Shown one piece after another: positions 1-10,027 of a stretch of 32,000 nucleotides of DNA (position 1 is its first letter; every line of letters starts with the position of its first letter). Where the stretch lies: positions 570,001 to 602,000 of the forward strand of contig NC_005072.1 of the NCBI RefSeq assembly GCF_000011465.1, in the 5' to 3' direction. The translations under genes were made by a program, and so were the position numbers. The DNA comes from Prochlorococcus marinus subsp. pastoris str. CCMP1986. Lineage in GTDB: Bacteria > Cyanobacteriota > Cyanobacteriia > PCC-6307 > Cyanobiaceae. The notes below the pieces were generated by a model, which was given only the letters and a program-made list of their open reading frames with translations, was not told where the DNA came from and did not search any database.

Positions 1-2
1 AT

Positions 3-1076
3 TTCTTCGAGGAAATTGAATTACATAATAATTTAGAAAAACAAAATATTAATAGAAAAAAAGCTCTTGAATTAATATTAAATAGAGAGAAAAAAGAAGA
101 GATTTATTGTATTGGGCAGAAGAATTTTGACTCGAATGCAACATTATTTAAAAATTACTTTAAAGAAGATAAGTTTAAATTAAATTTTATGGAAAGACTT
201 CCAAAATATAATTCTTCTGAAATTGTTCCTGAAGTAATTTTAAATAGCGATGCTATTTTGTATTTTTTAAAATTACCTTTATCCGCTAATGATTTTTTGT
301 GGTTAGAAAAACTTCCTAAAAATATGCCCATTTGGTTAGTTGCATCATTTACAAAAGGATTAAGTTTTAATAATGAAATAGAAGAAGTTAAGGCTCAGAT
401 TTCAGGAGAATATGCAAACAGAATAATTAAATTTGACAAAACTAAAAATAGCTTTGCAAATATACCTTTTTCTTTGCGTAAGTTTTTTATAAGTTCAAAT
501 AATAATATTGAAAATACTAAAAAAAGACTTTTGAAGAGATTGCATACGAATTGGCAATCTGAGATTGAGGGAATAAGAAGAATGCAGTTGAATGATTTAC
601 AGAGGAGAAATCAAATTATCGTTGCTACTTCAGTTTTCTTTTCTCCGATTCCATCAATAGATGTCTTATCAATGACTGTTTTAAATTCCTTAATGATTAA
701 AGAAATTAAGTCTATATGGGGATGTAATTGGTCTCCAGAAATATTGGATAAAGTATCAAAACAAATAATCAAGACTGCAATTGCACAGGGAGTAATTGAA
801 TGGAGTGGTCAGACTTTAATAGGTTTAACAAAATTGCATGGCCCAAATTGGTTAGTAACTGGGGCATTCCAAGCAATAAGCGCAGCATATTTAACAAGAG
901 TAGTATCAAGTTCATTGGCCGATTTCATGGCTTTAACAAAAGGAGTCTCAGAACCTGATTTGGAATTTATAAAAGAAAACTCCGATAAGATCGTTGAAAG
1001 AGCCTTTGAAAATGAAAAAATAAATTGGAAATCTTTGATACCAGAGTTAAATATTCCATTGACTCGACTCACCTAA
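3..1076 (+). CDS. Partial CDS (5' end outside window): DUF697 / GTPase-associated protein, C-terminal region
   Basis: The frame of the listed ORF (189..1076) stays open without a stop back to base 3, so the ATG at 189 is probably internal. The C-terminus (RRNQIIVATSVFFSPIPSIDVLSMTVLNSLMIKEI...GWSGQ..) resembles the DUF697/YcjF-type membrane-associated domain that follows a GTPase domain in cyanobacteria. Confidence 0.7.
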   Translation, partial: FFEEIELHNNLEKQNINRKKALELILNREKKEEIYCIGQKNFDSNATLFKNYFKEDKFKLNFMERLPKYNSSEIVPEVILNSDAILYFLKLPLSANDFLWLEKLPKNMPIWLVASFTKGLSFNNEIEEVKAQISGEYANRIIKFDKTKNSFANIPFSLRKFFISSNNNIENTKKRLLKRLHTNWQSEIEGIRRMQLNDLQRRNQIIVATSVFFSPIPSIDVLSMTVLNSLMIKEIKSIWGCNWSPEILDKVSKQIIKTAIAQGVIEWSGQTLIGLTKLHGPNWLVTGAFQAISAAYLTRVVSSSLADFMALTKGVSEPDLEFIKENSDKIVERAFENEKINWKSLIPELNIPLTRLT

Positions 1077-1111
1077 TAATTCCAAATTTTAGACTTACTG
1101 TAAAGAAAATT

Positions 1112-2014
1112 ATGAAAAAAAAGTTATTGCACTTTGTATTTTCTTTTCTAATATGTGTTAGTGCAAATTCATGCAAAAGGACTTCTTTTGAAAAAGAAAC
1201 TAACAAAGAAGTAATTTTGGCTAGTTTTACAGTCCTGGCAGATATTATTGAAAATGTTGCTAAAGATGAGTTTTCTGTTAAATCAATTACTAAACCAGGA
1301 GTTGAAGTTCATGGTTATCAGCCAACTCCAAGTGATCTTATAAAAGCTTCCAAAGCCGATGTTTTTATTGATAATGGATTTGGATTTGAATTATGGGCTG
1401 AGAAATTTGTTTCAAACTTACAAATTAAGAGAGTAACTATTTCAAATAGATTAGAACCAATTTTTATAAGTGAAGATTTCTATAAAGGTAAACCTAATCC
1501 TCATGCGTGGATTTCTCCTAAAAGGGGAATGATTTATGTAAATGTTATCGTTGATTCTTTATCAGAATTAAAACCATCGAAAGCAGAATCATTTAAAAAT
1601 AACGGACAAATTTACAAGAATAAAATCGCTAAAATAGATAAAGATTTTTCACTTTTTATTAATAATCTTAAGAAAAATAATAGGTATCTAGTAACTTGTG
1701 AAGGGGCATTCTCTTATCTCACAAATGATTACGGATTAAAAGAAGCTTACTTATGGCCAGTTAATGCTGAAAGTCAAATTACACCGAAAAGAATGGCAAG
1801 TACAATTTCTTTGGTAAAAAATAAAAATATCCCATCGGTCTTTTGTGAAAGCACTGTAAGTAATGAATCACAAATGGTTGTTGCCAGTGAAACAGGAGCA
1901 AAGTTTGGGGGAGATCTTTTTGTTGATTCGCTTTCTCAAGATAATAAGAGTGCTAATACTTATTTAAAAATGCTTCAACATAATTTGACTCTTATTAAAA
2001 AAGGCCTCAATTAA
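1112..2014 (+). CDS. mntC: Metal ABC transporter substrate-binding lipoprotein (ZnuA/MntC family, probably Mn-type)
   Basis: ATG at 1112 gives MKKKLLHFVFSFLICVSANSCKRTSF, a lipoprotein signal with a Cys; the 1025 start in the ORF track overlaps the previous gene and is unlikely. Conserved motifs are VHGYQPTP, NPHAWISP, TCEGAFSYL and GGDLFVDSL. It has no His-rich loop. Transporter ATPase and permease follow. Confidence 0.85.
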   Translation: MKKKLLHFVFSFLICVSANSCKRTSFEKETNKEVILASFTVLADIIENVAKDEFSVKSITKPGVEVHGYQPTPSDLIKASKADVFIDNGFGFELWAEKFVSNLQIKRVTISNRLEPIFISEDFYKGKPNPHAWISPKRGMIYVNVIVDSLSELKPSKAESFKNNGQIYKNKIAKIDKDFSLFINNLKKNNRYLVTCEGAFSYLTNDYGLKEAYLWPVNAESQITPKRMASTISLVKNKNIPSVFCESTVSNESQMVVASETGAKFGGDLFVDSLSQDNKSANTYLKMLQHNLTLIKKGLN

Positions 2015-2018
2015 AAAT

Positions 2019-2783
2019 ATGGATGAACTTAATTATAAAAATTATAGAATTGAGGCAGAAAATATCTGTGTTGATTATCACGGAAAAGTTGCCTTATATG
2101 ATGCGAATTTAAAATTAAAGGCCGGACAAATTTGTGGATTAGTAGGAATGAATGGTGCGGGGAAAACAACTTTTTTTAATGCCTTAACTGGTTTTGTAAA
2201 TATCTCAAAAGGTAAAATAAGAATAAATGGTGAGTCTTTAAGAATTGCTCAACAAGATCAGTCAATTGCATATGTTCCTCAAAGTGAAGGAATTGATAGT
2301 CAATTTCCAGTAAGTGTGTGGGATGTTGTAATGATGGGTCGATATGGGTCAATGAATATTCTGAGATCGCCAAGAGAATCAGATATTCAAGCTGTTAAGG
2401 ATGCTATAGAAAGAGTTGATCTTATGGAACTTTCATCTACCCCAATTGGCAATTTATCTGGGGGGCAAAGGAAAAGAACTTTTTTAGCAAGAGCTATTGC
2501 ACAACGGGCATCAATACTATTACTTGATGAACCCTTCGCGGGAGTTGATATTAGAACTGAGAAACTTATCTCAGAATTATTTATGCAATTTAAAAATGAG
2601 GGAAAAACAATTTTGCTATCTACTCATGATATGATTCATGTTCGTGAATTTTGTGATTTAGTTCTTTTAATAAATAAGACAGTTGTTGCATATGGAGAGA
2701 CTTCGGAAGTATTTACCCCAGAAAATATTACAAGTACTTTTGGAGGGATGTCGCCAGATGTCTTGTTTGGACCTGAATCTTAA
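2019..2783 (+). CDS. mntA: Metal (Mn/Zn) ABC transporter ATP-binding protein
   Basis: Walker A GMNGAGKTTFFNAL, signature LSGGQRKRTFLARA, Walker B ILLLDEPF, and an H-loop STHD; sits between the binding protein and the permease. Confidence 0.88.
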   Translation: MDELNYKNYRIEAENICVDYHGKVALYDANLKLKAGQICGLVGMNGAGKTTFFNALTGFVNISKGKIRINGESLRIAQQDQSIAYVPQSEGIDSQFPVSVWDVVMMGRYGSMNILRSPRESDIQAVKDAIERVDLMELSSTPIGNLSGGQRKRTFLARAIAQRASILLLDEPFAGVDIRTEKLISELFMQFKNEGKTILLSTHDMIHVREFCDLVLLINKTVVAYGETSEVFTPENITSTFGGMSPDVLFGPES

Positions 2784-2794
2784 AATCTAGTTTT

Positions 2795-3667
2795 ATGGAT
2801 CTATGCTTTTTATCTACAAACATAACTTCTTTTGTAGCAGATCCTTTATCTCATGAATTTATGAGAAAAGCTCTATTGATGAGCTCATTAGTAGCAGCTG
2901 TTTGTGGATTTTTATCTAGTTATTTAACACTTAAAGGTTGGGCTTTAATGGGAGATGCGGTATCTCACTCTGTAATGCCTGGTGTTGTTGTGGCTTATGC
3001 TTTGGGACTTCCTTTCTCGCTTGGGGCTTTCATTTTTGGAGTGGGTTCGGTAGCTTTAATAGGCTTTGTTAAACAAAAATCCAGAGTTAAAGAAGATACC
3101 GTAATTGGCTTGGTTTTCACAGGTTTTTTTGCTCTTGGAATAGTTTTAGTTTCAAAGATTAAAAGTAATATTGATCTTCACTCAATTCTTTTTGGTAGCC
3201 CTCTAGGGATTTCTCTCTCAGATGTAAAACAGACGGTATTTATTTCTCTATTAGTGGTAATACTATTGTCAGTTTTTAGGAAAGACTTAATACTTTATTG
3301 TTTTGATCCAAGACACGCAAAAACAGTAGGAATTAATGTCTTATTTCTTCATTATTTATTACTTACATGTTTGTCTTTAGCGGCTGTAGTTGGATTACAA
3401 TCTGTTGGAATAGTTCTGGTTGTTGCAATGCTGATTACTCCTGGGGCAACGGCATATTTATTAACAGATAAGTTTGATAATATGACCATCATTTCAGTAA
3501 TTAGTGCCATCATTTCAAGTGTATTTGGTATTTATTTTAGCTTTTGGTTTGATCTTGAAACTGGCGGCTCAATTGTATTAGTTCAAACGTTTATATTTTT
3601 ATTTGCTTTTTTATTTGCTCCAAGATACGGGATATTTAAATTTAAAAAATTATTTTCTAGTTATTAG
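2795..3667 (+). CDS. mntB: Metal ABC transporter permease (ZnuB/MntB, ABC-3 family)
   Basis: Multi-TM protein with LLMSSLVAAVCGFLSSYLTLKGWALMGDAVSHSVMPGVV, typical of ABC-3 permeases; operonic context. Confidence 0.88.
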   Translation: MDLCFLSTNITSFVADPLSHEFMRKALLMSSLVAAVCGFLSSYLTLKGWALMGDAVSHSVMPGVVVAYALGLPFSLGAFIFGVGSVALIGFVKQKSRVKEDTVIGLVFTGFFALGIVLVSKIKSNIDLHSILFGSPLGISLSDVKQTVFISLLVVILLSVFRKDLILYCFDPRHAKTVGINVLFLHYLLLTCLSLAAVVGLQSVGIVLVVAMLITPGATAYLLTDKFDNMTIISVISAIISSVFGIYFSFWFDLETGGSIVLVQTFIFLFAFLFAPRYGIFKFKKLFSSY

Positions 3668-3673
3668 TGAAAA

Positions 3674-4840
3674 ATGGGAAATTACCTAAATAATAAAAGT
3701 TGGAATTGGTGGCCTTTATTTCCCCTATATCCATATGGAAAAAAGAAAACTATTCTTAGAGAAATAATTCCTAACGAAATATGGTCCTTGGAACAGATTC
3801 AGGGTTTATATTATGTTGCAGTGCCAATCAGAATGACAATAATTAAGGTTAATAATGGACTAATGCTAATTAACCCTTTACCCCCTACGAAGGAACTTGT
3901 AAAAGCATTAGAAGAATTAATTTCCATTTATGGAAAAGTAAAAACAATTGTGCTCCCTAGTGCTTCTGGATTAGAACATAAAATTGGATTACCAGCATTA
4001 GTTAGAGTTTTCAAAGATGCTGAGATTTGGTTATGTCCTGGTCAATGGAGTTTTCCTATTAATCTTCCTTTAGATTTTCTTGGAATCCCGTCGAACCGGA
4101 CAAAGATACTTTTTAAAGATGGAACTCCTTATGAAGAATGTTTTAAATGGTCTTCATTAGGGCCTTTGAATTTAGGACTTGGAACATACCAGGAGGTTAG
4201 TTGTTTTCATCTCTCAACAAGGACATTACATGTTACAGACGCTATAGTTGGCATCGAATCAACGCCTCCAGAAATATTTGACTTCGATCCTACCCCTTTA
4301 TTATTTCATTCGAGAGATCGAGGCGATGAACCTATTCTTGATAACGTTGAATCTAGAAAAAAAGGTTGGGCAAGAATTGTATTGTTTTCATCTTTTTTAA
4401 AACCAGGAAAATTAAATATTCCCTCTCTGAAAGAAATTATCAAATACTCTTTTAAAGAAGGTCTTCGAAATAAGAAATCACATTTTGGAATTTACCCTTT
4501 TTTATGGGATGAAGATTGGGAATCATCTTTAGTTGAAATAATGGGTGAAAATATTCCAAAAATTCAGATTGCTCCTGTTTTGCAAAATTTAATATTTCCT
4601 AGATCAAAAAAAGTACTTCTTGGATGGCTAGAAAAAATTAAAACTTATGAAAACATGGAATATTTGATATCAGCTCATTATTCTGCCCCTATTAATTTCA
4701 AAGAAGAAAATTGTCAGAATTTGATAGATGAAATTAATTCAGATAAATGGAATAAATTACCAGATGATAATAAATTCCTTATTAATTTATATAAAAAATT
4801 ATTTGAATTGGGGATAATCCCAAAAAAAGTAAATGTTTAG
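3674..4840 (+). CDS. DUF4336 domain-containing protein (metallo-beta-lactamase-like fold family)
   Basis: N-terminus WWPLFPLYPYGKKKTILREIIPNEIWSLEQIQGLYYVAVPIRMTIIKV..GLMLINPLPPT and DKILFKDG/STRTLHVTDAI regions fit the plant/cyanobacterial DUF4336 family. It starts 6 nt after the permease. Confidence 0.7.
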   Translation: MGNYLNNKSWNWWPLFPLYPYGKKKTILREIIPNEIWSLEQIQGLYYVAVPIRMTIIKVNNGLMLINPLPPTKELVKALEELISIYGKVKTIVLPSASGLEHKIGLPALVRVFKDAEIWLCPGQWSFPINLPLDFLGIPSNRTKILFKDGTPYEECFKWSSLGPLNLGLGTYQEVSCFHLSTRTLHVTDAIVGIESTPPEIFDFDPTPLLFHSRDRGDEPILDNVESRKKGWARIVLFSSFLKPGKLNIPSLKEIIKYSFKEGLRNKKSHFGIYPFLWDEDWESSLVEIMGENIPKIQIAPVLQNLIFPRSKKVLLGWLEKIKTYENMEYLISAHYSAPINFKEENCQNLIDEINSDKWNKLPDDNKFLINLYKKLFELGIIPKKVNV

Positions 4841-4844
4841 AGAT

Positions 4845-5183
4845 TTATTCTTCCTCAATGGACATGTCTTCATCACTTTTTAGTGTTTGTTCAAGCTCTT
4901 TCCTTTGCTCCATTTGTCTCAAGAAATATCCTGTCATCATTGCAGAAGAAAGTAAATTAGCGATATTATCTTTTGAAGATGTTATTTTTACATCAAATTG
5001 ATCAGATGGCAACATCCCTAGAAGACCTTGAACATTGTGCCTTATTATTTCTTGAATATCTTCACTAGCCGATTTGGCTACTCTCTGCATAACTTCTGGA
5101 GACTGTTTTTGTAGATATTGAATCAAATCATTCTCATCATTTGGATCATTATTTTCAGTAGCTAGAAATTCAGGATTGAACAT
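4845..5183 (-). CDS. DUF760 domain-containing protein
   Basis: QYLQKQSPEVMQRVAKSASEDIQEIIRHNVQGLLGMLPSDQFDVKITSSKDNIANLLSSAMMTGYFLRQMEQR is typical of cyanobacterial DUF760 proteins. Confidence 0.75.
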   Translation of the reverse strand: MFNPEFLATENNDPNDENDLIQYLQKQSPEVMQRVAKSASEDIQEIIRHNVQGLLGMLPSDQFDVKITSSKDNIANLLSSAMMTGYFLRQMEQRKELEQTLKSDEDMSIEEE

Positions 5184-5228
5184 TTAGGCATCTTCAACTT
5201 ATAAAAACCCTACAACACCATGAACCCT

Positions 5229-5813
5229 TTAACCTAAATTATTAAGACTAGGGAACCGAATAGGACCAATGTTATTTAATGGCCAATATCTAAAAATAGC
5301 CTTTCCTATTACTTTTTCATAAGGGAGGAATCCCCATATATGTGAATCCATACTGTTATTTCTGTTATCTCCCATTACCCATAGTGATTTCTCAGGAACA
5401 TAATATGGACCTGTTGAATAGTTGATGTTCTTATCAGAAATATAATTATTTTGAGCAATATCATTTAAATATAAATTACCTTCTTTTACTTCTACTTTAT
5501 CTCCAGGGACCCCTATTACCCTTTTGATTAACGCAATATCTGATTCATACCCAGCGTCAATTAATTGTTCTGGAACATTAAAAACAATGATTTTATTTTT
5601 TAATTTAGATAAGTTTGATTTAGAAGTGATTTTTGGAGTTAACTTTTCAACTAATATTTTGTCTTGGATTTGAAGGGTCGGGAGCATAGATCCTGAGGGA
5701 ATCCACCTTGGTTCGATTACTTGCCAACGTATAATCAAAGCAATTATTATCCAAATAAAAAGATTTTTAAAATCCTTTAGTATTGAACTTTTTTTTTCAG
5801 CTGGATTTTGCAT
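5229..5813 (-). CDS. lepB: Signal peptidase I
   Basis: PSGSMLPTLQIQDKILVEK (catalytic Ser box), ALIKRVIGVPGDKVEV (catalytic Lys box), VMGDNRNNSMDSHIWG; N-terminal TM helix. Confidence 0.93.
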   Translation of the reverse strand: MQNPAEKKSSILKDFKNLFIWIIIALIIRWQVIEPRWIPSGSMLPTLQIQDKILVEKLTPKITSKSNLSKLKNKIIVFNVPEQLIDAGYESDIALIKRVIGVPGDKVEVKEGNLYLNDIAQNNYISDKNINYSTGPYYVPEKSLWVMGDNRNNSMDSHIWGFLPYEKVIGKAIFRYWPLNNIGPIRFPSLNNLG

Positions 5814-5864
5814 TGTTAAATTATTTATTTGTTAAGAGGAATTTCTAACGTATTTATATAAATT

Positions 5865-7631
5865 ATGACATCACATATAGAATGCCAAAATTTCTTTAGA
5901 AGTTTACAACTTTTAGATCTTTTTACAAAAATAGGGGTTAAAAATTTAATTTTATGTCCAGGCAGTAGATCAGGTCCTTTAGCAATAGCCGCAGGAGAGT
6001 TAAATAAACGTAGAGTTTTAAATGTATTTAATTCAATAGACGAGAGATCTGCTGGGTTTCATTCACTTGGAATTTCTACTGCATCTGGAGATGTTTCATT
6101 AGTTGTTACAACATCTGGAACGGCAGTTGGTAATTTATTACCTGCAGCCATTGAGGCAGATAAATCATGTAAATCAATTGTATTTATAACTGCTGATAGA
6201 CCTTTAAGGTTAAAAAATTGTGGTTCTAATCAAACAGTAAATCAAGAGGAATTTTTGAATTCAGTTTGCAGAAGTAATTTGAGTACTAATTTAAATGGAA
6301 TTCATGAAAATAATGATGATGATATTTTGAAAATTGTGGAAACTGTAAAAAAACAAATACTACAATCGCCTGGACCTATTCATTTAAATATTGCATTTGA
6401 AAAACCTTTGGATATATCTTTAAAAAATAAAAAAAAGAATTTTGAGGTTTTTGAAAGGTTTTATTTAAATAAAACCTATAAATTTTTAAAAAATGACAAT
6501 CAGAACAAAAATATTCAATTTTCTGAAAAATTTTTTAAAAGGATAAATTTGTCTAATCCTGGAATTATTATTGTTGGCCCATATCAGGGCTCTACTAAAG
6601 ATTTGTTTTCTTTTAATAGTGCTTTAAAAAAATTGCAAGAAATTACAGGATGGCCAGTTTTTGTTGATCCTGTTTCAGGCGTTTCAGCTGAATTGAAAGG
6701 TTTAGTTGAAAATTGGGAATTAATTCTTAAAAAGAATAAAAATATTATTCAATGTGATCAGATCTTAAGGTTTGGTCCCCTTTCCTCTTCTAATTATTTG
6801 GAGGATTTTTTATTAAATTTTGAAGGGTTACAAATTCTTGTAAAAGAAAATAATATAAGAAAACTAGATCCTATAAAAAAATCTTTAGAATATGATTTTG
6901 GAATAAGTAATTTTGTTAACCAACTTTTAGGAGCATTTTTAAATCATAAAAAGAAGAGTAAACCTTTGATCAATTTGGGACAAGTTTTGATCAAAGAAGG
7001 AGCAAAAATAAAGGAAATTTTAAAAGAACAACTATTTTCAAATACTGAAATAACAGAATATAAACTTGCAAATTTTGTACCAAAAATTTGGCCAGAAAAT
7101 TATCCTATTATGCTCTCAGCTAGCAGTCCTATTAGAGATTGGCTCACATTCTCTGAAAATGCGACTTTAACAAGGGAATGTTTTAGCTTCAGAGGGGCTT
7201 CAGGTATAGATGGAACTTTATCACTTGCTTTAGGTATTGCAAGAATAACTAAACCTTTACTTCTGGTAACTGGCGATTTAGCATTAATTCATGATATCAA
7301 TGGTTTTCTCATTGAAAATGCAATTGAATTAAATTTAACTATCTTATTAATCAACAATAATGGTGGAAATATATTTAATAATTTATATAAAAATAATTTA
7401 GATGAAGAGGAATTAAAGAAACTTTTCATAATGCCTAAATCTATAAATTGGGAAAACCTAGCAAAAGGTTATCAAGTACCAATTAAAAATGTTTCAGATT
7501 TGAATAAATTAAGAGAAGCTTTTGAATGGAGCCTTTCTATGCAAAAATCAGTAATAATTAAAGTCGATATTAATGTTGAAAACGAAATGAAAGGAAGAAA
7601 TTTAATCTTAAAAAAAATTCTCACAAGTTAA
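5865..7631 (+). CDS. menD: 2-succinyl-5-enolpyruvyl-6-hydroxy-3-cyclohexene-1-carboxylate synthase
   Basis: ThDP-dependent enzyme with [43 protein letters not shown] and [13 protein letters not shown]; adjacent to menB. Confidence 0.93.
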
Positions 7632-7661
7632 TCAATTTACTTTTTCAAACTTTTTAAATCT

Positions 7662-8519
7662 ATGAAAATTTTACCTGGAGAAACTAACTCAAATTGGACA
7701 GAATGGAAATCTTATGAAGATATCTTGTTTCATAATAGTGGAGATGGGATAGCAAGAATCGCAATTAATCGACCTGAGAAAAGAAACGCATTTCGTCCAA
7801 AAACGGTTTGTGAGATGTTAGATGCTTTCAATCTTGTTCGAAACGATGAGAAGATCGGAGTTGTACTTCTAACAGGTGCAGGCCCAGATAAAAAAGGGGT
7901 GTTTTCGTTTTGTTCAGGAGGGGATCAAAGTATTAGAGGTCAAAATGGATACGAAGATGATGAGGGTACTCAACGACTAAATGTATTGGAATTGCAAAGG
8001 TTAATAAGAACTTTACCTAAAGTGGTTATAGCTTTAGTCCCCGGTTTCGCAATAGGGGGAGGGCAAGTTTTACAGCTTGTTTGTGATCTAAGTATTGCGT
8101 CTGAAAATGCAATATTTGGACAAACAGGTCCTAGAGTTGGGAGCTTTGATGCAGGATTTGGATCAAGCTATTTAGCAAGATTGGTGGGACAAAGAAAGGC
8201 AAGGGAAATTTGGTTTTTGTGTAGAAAATATAATTCTAAAGAAGCCTTAGAAATGGGTTTGGTAAATGCGATTACAAAGATTGAAGAATTAGAAGCTGAG
8301 GGTGTAATCTGGGCAAGAGAGATTCTACGAAATAGTCCAACTGCTATTCGAATACTTAAGGCGTCATTTAATGCTGAGTGTGATGGAATAGCAGGTATTC
8401 AAGAATTATCTGGGTACACAACTCAGCTATTTTATTCGACGGATGAAGCAAAAGAGGGCAGAGATGCCTTCCTTGAGAAACGGCCACCTGATTTTTCTGA
8501 TTACGGATGGACTCCTTAA
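7662..8519 (+). CDS. menB: 1,4-dihydroxy-2-naphthoyl-CoA synthase (naphthoate synthase)
   Basis: Crotonase family: [56 protein letters not shown]; C-terminal [13 protein letters not shown]. Confidence 0.95.
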   Translation: MKILPGETNSNWTEWKSYEDILFHNSGDGIARIAINRPEKRNAFRPKTVCEMLDAFNLVRNDEKIGVVLLTGAGPDKKGVFSFCSGGDQSIRGQNGYEDDEGTQRLNVLELQRLIRTLPKVVIALVPGFAIGGGQVLQLVCDLSIASENAIFGQTGPRVGSFDAGFGSSYLARLVGQRKAREIWFLCRKYNSKEALEMGLVNAITKIEELEAEGVIWAREILRNSPTAIRILKASFNAECDGIAGIQELSGYTTQLFYSTDEAKEGRDAFLEKRPPDFSDYGWTP

Positions 8520-8564
8520 TAGCTTCTTACTCTTTAAAAAGCACTTTTTATAATAAATAATCTT

Positions 8565-10016
8565 ATGAGAATTCTTCTTGCTGCTGCTGAATGCGCTCCA
8601 ATGATCAAAGTTGGAGGGATGGGAGATGTAGTTGGTTCATTACCACCCTCATTGATAAAACTTGGTCATGATGTAAGAGTTATAATTCCTGGCTATAGCA
8701 AATTATGGAATCTACTAGAAGTATCAAGCGAACCAGTATTTAGAGCAAATACTATGGGAAATGATTTCTCTGTGTATGAAGCAAAACATCCAATACATAA
8801 TTACGTAATCTACCTAGTTGGACATCCAACTTTTGATTCGGGCCACATATATGGAGGAGAAGATGAAGACTGGCGATTTACATTTTTTGCAAGTGCTACT
8901 GCTGAATTTTCCTGGAATTGTTGGAAGCCCCAAGTTCTACATTGCCATGATTGGCACACGGGTATGATTCCAGTATGGATGCATCAAGATCCCGAAGTAA
9001 GTACAGTTTTTACTATACATAATTTAAAATATCAAGGACCATGGAGATGGAAGCTTGAAAAAATGACCTGGTGTCCATGGTATATGCATGGAGATCATAC
9101 GATGGCTGCTGCAATGTTATATGCAGATAGAGTTAATGCAGTTTCTCCAACATATGCTGATGAGATAAAAACTCATGAGTATGGAGAAAGTCTTGAGGGA
9201 TTATTGAATTATATTTCTGGTAAATTAAGAGGTATCCTCAATGGGATTGATCTAAATGAATGGGATCCTGATAAAGATAAAGTGTTACCTGCACAATTCA
9301 ATATTAAAAATTTAGAAAGTAGATTAGAAAATAAGATTATTCTTCAGAAAGAAATGGGACTTGAGGTCAATAGTAAAAAATATCTTTTAGGTATGGTAAG
9401 TAGGCTAGTGGACCAAAAAGGTGTTGATTTAGTTTTGCAAGTTTCCCGAAGATTACTCGCATATACAGATTCTCAAATTGCTATTTTAGGTACAGGTGAT
9501 AGATCTTTAGAATCTGGATTATGGCAATTAGCATTAGATTATCCTGGAAGATTTTCAGTGTTTCTTACTTATGATGATTCTTTATCAAGGCTTATATATG
9601 GAGGATCTGATGCATTCTTAATGCCAAGCCGATTTGAACCCTGCGGTATCAGTCAATTACTTGCTATGAGATATGGATCAATTCCAATAGTAAGAAGAGT
9701 TGGAGGCTTGGTTGATACTGTTTTGCCTCATGATCCAGAAAATAATAGTGGTACAGGTTTTTGTTTTGATCGATTTGAACCGATTGACTTTTATACTGCT
9801 CTAGTAAGATCTTGGGAGGCATTTAGGCATAAAGATAGTTGGAAATCATTACAGCTCAGAGCTATGAGTCAAGAATTTAGTTGGCAGAGATCGGCATTAG
9901 AATATGAATCGATGTATAAAGATGTATGTGGGATAAAGGCGCCATCCCCGGATATTGCTGAAATTGAAAAGTTTTCTTATGGGCAATCTGCTGATCCTTC
10001 TCTTAAAACAATGTGA
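8565..10016 (+). CDS. glgA: Glycogen synthase (ADP-glucose type, GT5)
   Basis: [30 protein letters not shown] (KxGG motif), [47 protein letters not shown]. Confidence 0.96.
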   Translation: MRILLAAAECAPMIKVGGMGDVVGSLPPSLIKLGHDVRVIIPGYSKLWNLLEVSSEPVFRANTMGNDFSVYEAKHPIHNYVIYLVGHPTFDSGHIYGGEDEDWRFTFFASATAEFSWNCWKPQVLHCHDWHTGMIPVWMHQDPEVSTVFTIHNLKYQGPWRWKLEKMTWCPWYMHGDHTMAAAMLYADRVNAVSPTYADEIKTHEYGESLEGLLNYISGKLRGILNGIDLNEWDPDKDKVLPAQFNIKNLESRLENKIILQKEMGLEVNSKKYLLGMVSRLVDQKGVDLVLQVSRRLLAYTDSQIAILGTGDRSLESGLWQLALDYPGRFSVFLTYDDSLSRLIYGGSDAFLMPSRFEPCGISQLLAMRYGSIPIVRRVGGLVDTVLPHDPENNSGTGFCFDRFEPIDFYTALVRSWEAFRHKDSWKSLQLRAMSQEFSWQRSALEYESMYKDVCGIKAPSPDIAEIEKFSYGQSADPSLKTM

Positions 10017-10027
10017 TCTAAGTTTTA

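Noticed and set aside
809-1072. Minus-strand ORF of 87 aa
   Set aside because: Fully antisense to the DUF697 gene, with no recognisable motif.
1025-1111. Upstream start of the metal-binding protein at 1025 (MEIFDTRVKYSIDSTHLIIPNFRLTVKKI...)
   Set aside because: It overlaps the preceding CDS and places 29 non-signal residues before a canonical lipoprotein signal; ATG 1112 fits better.
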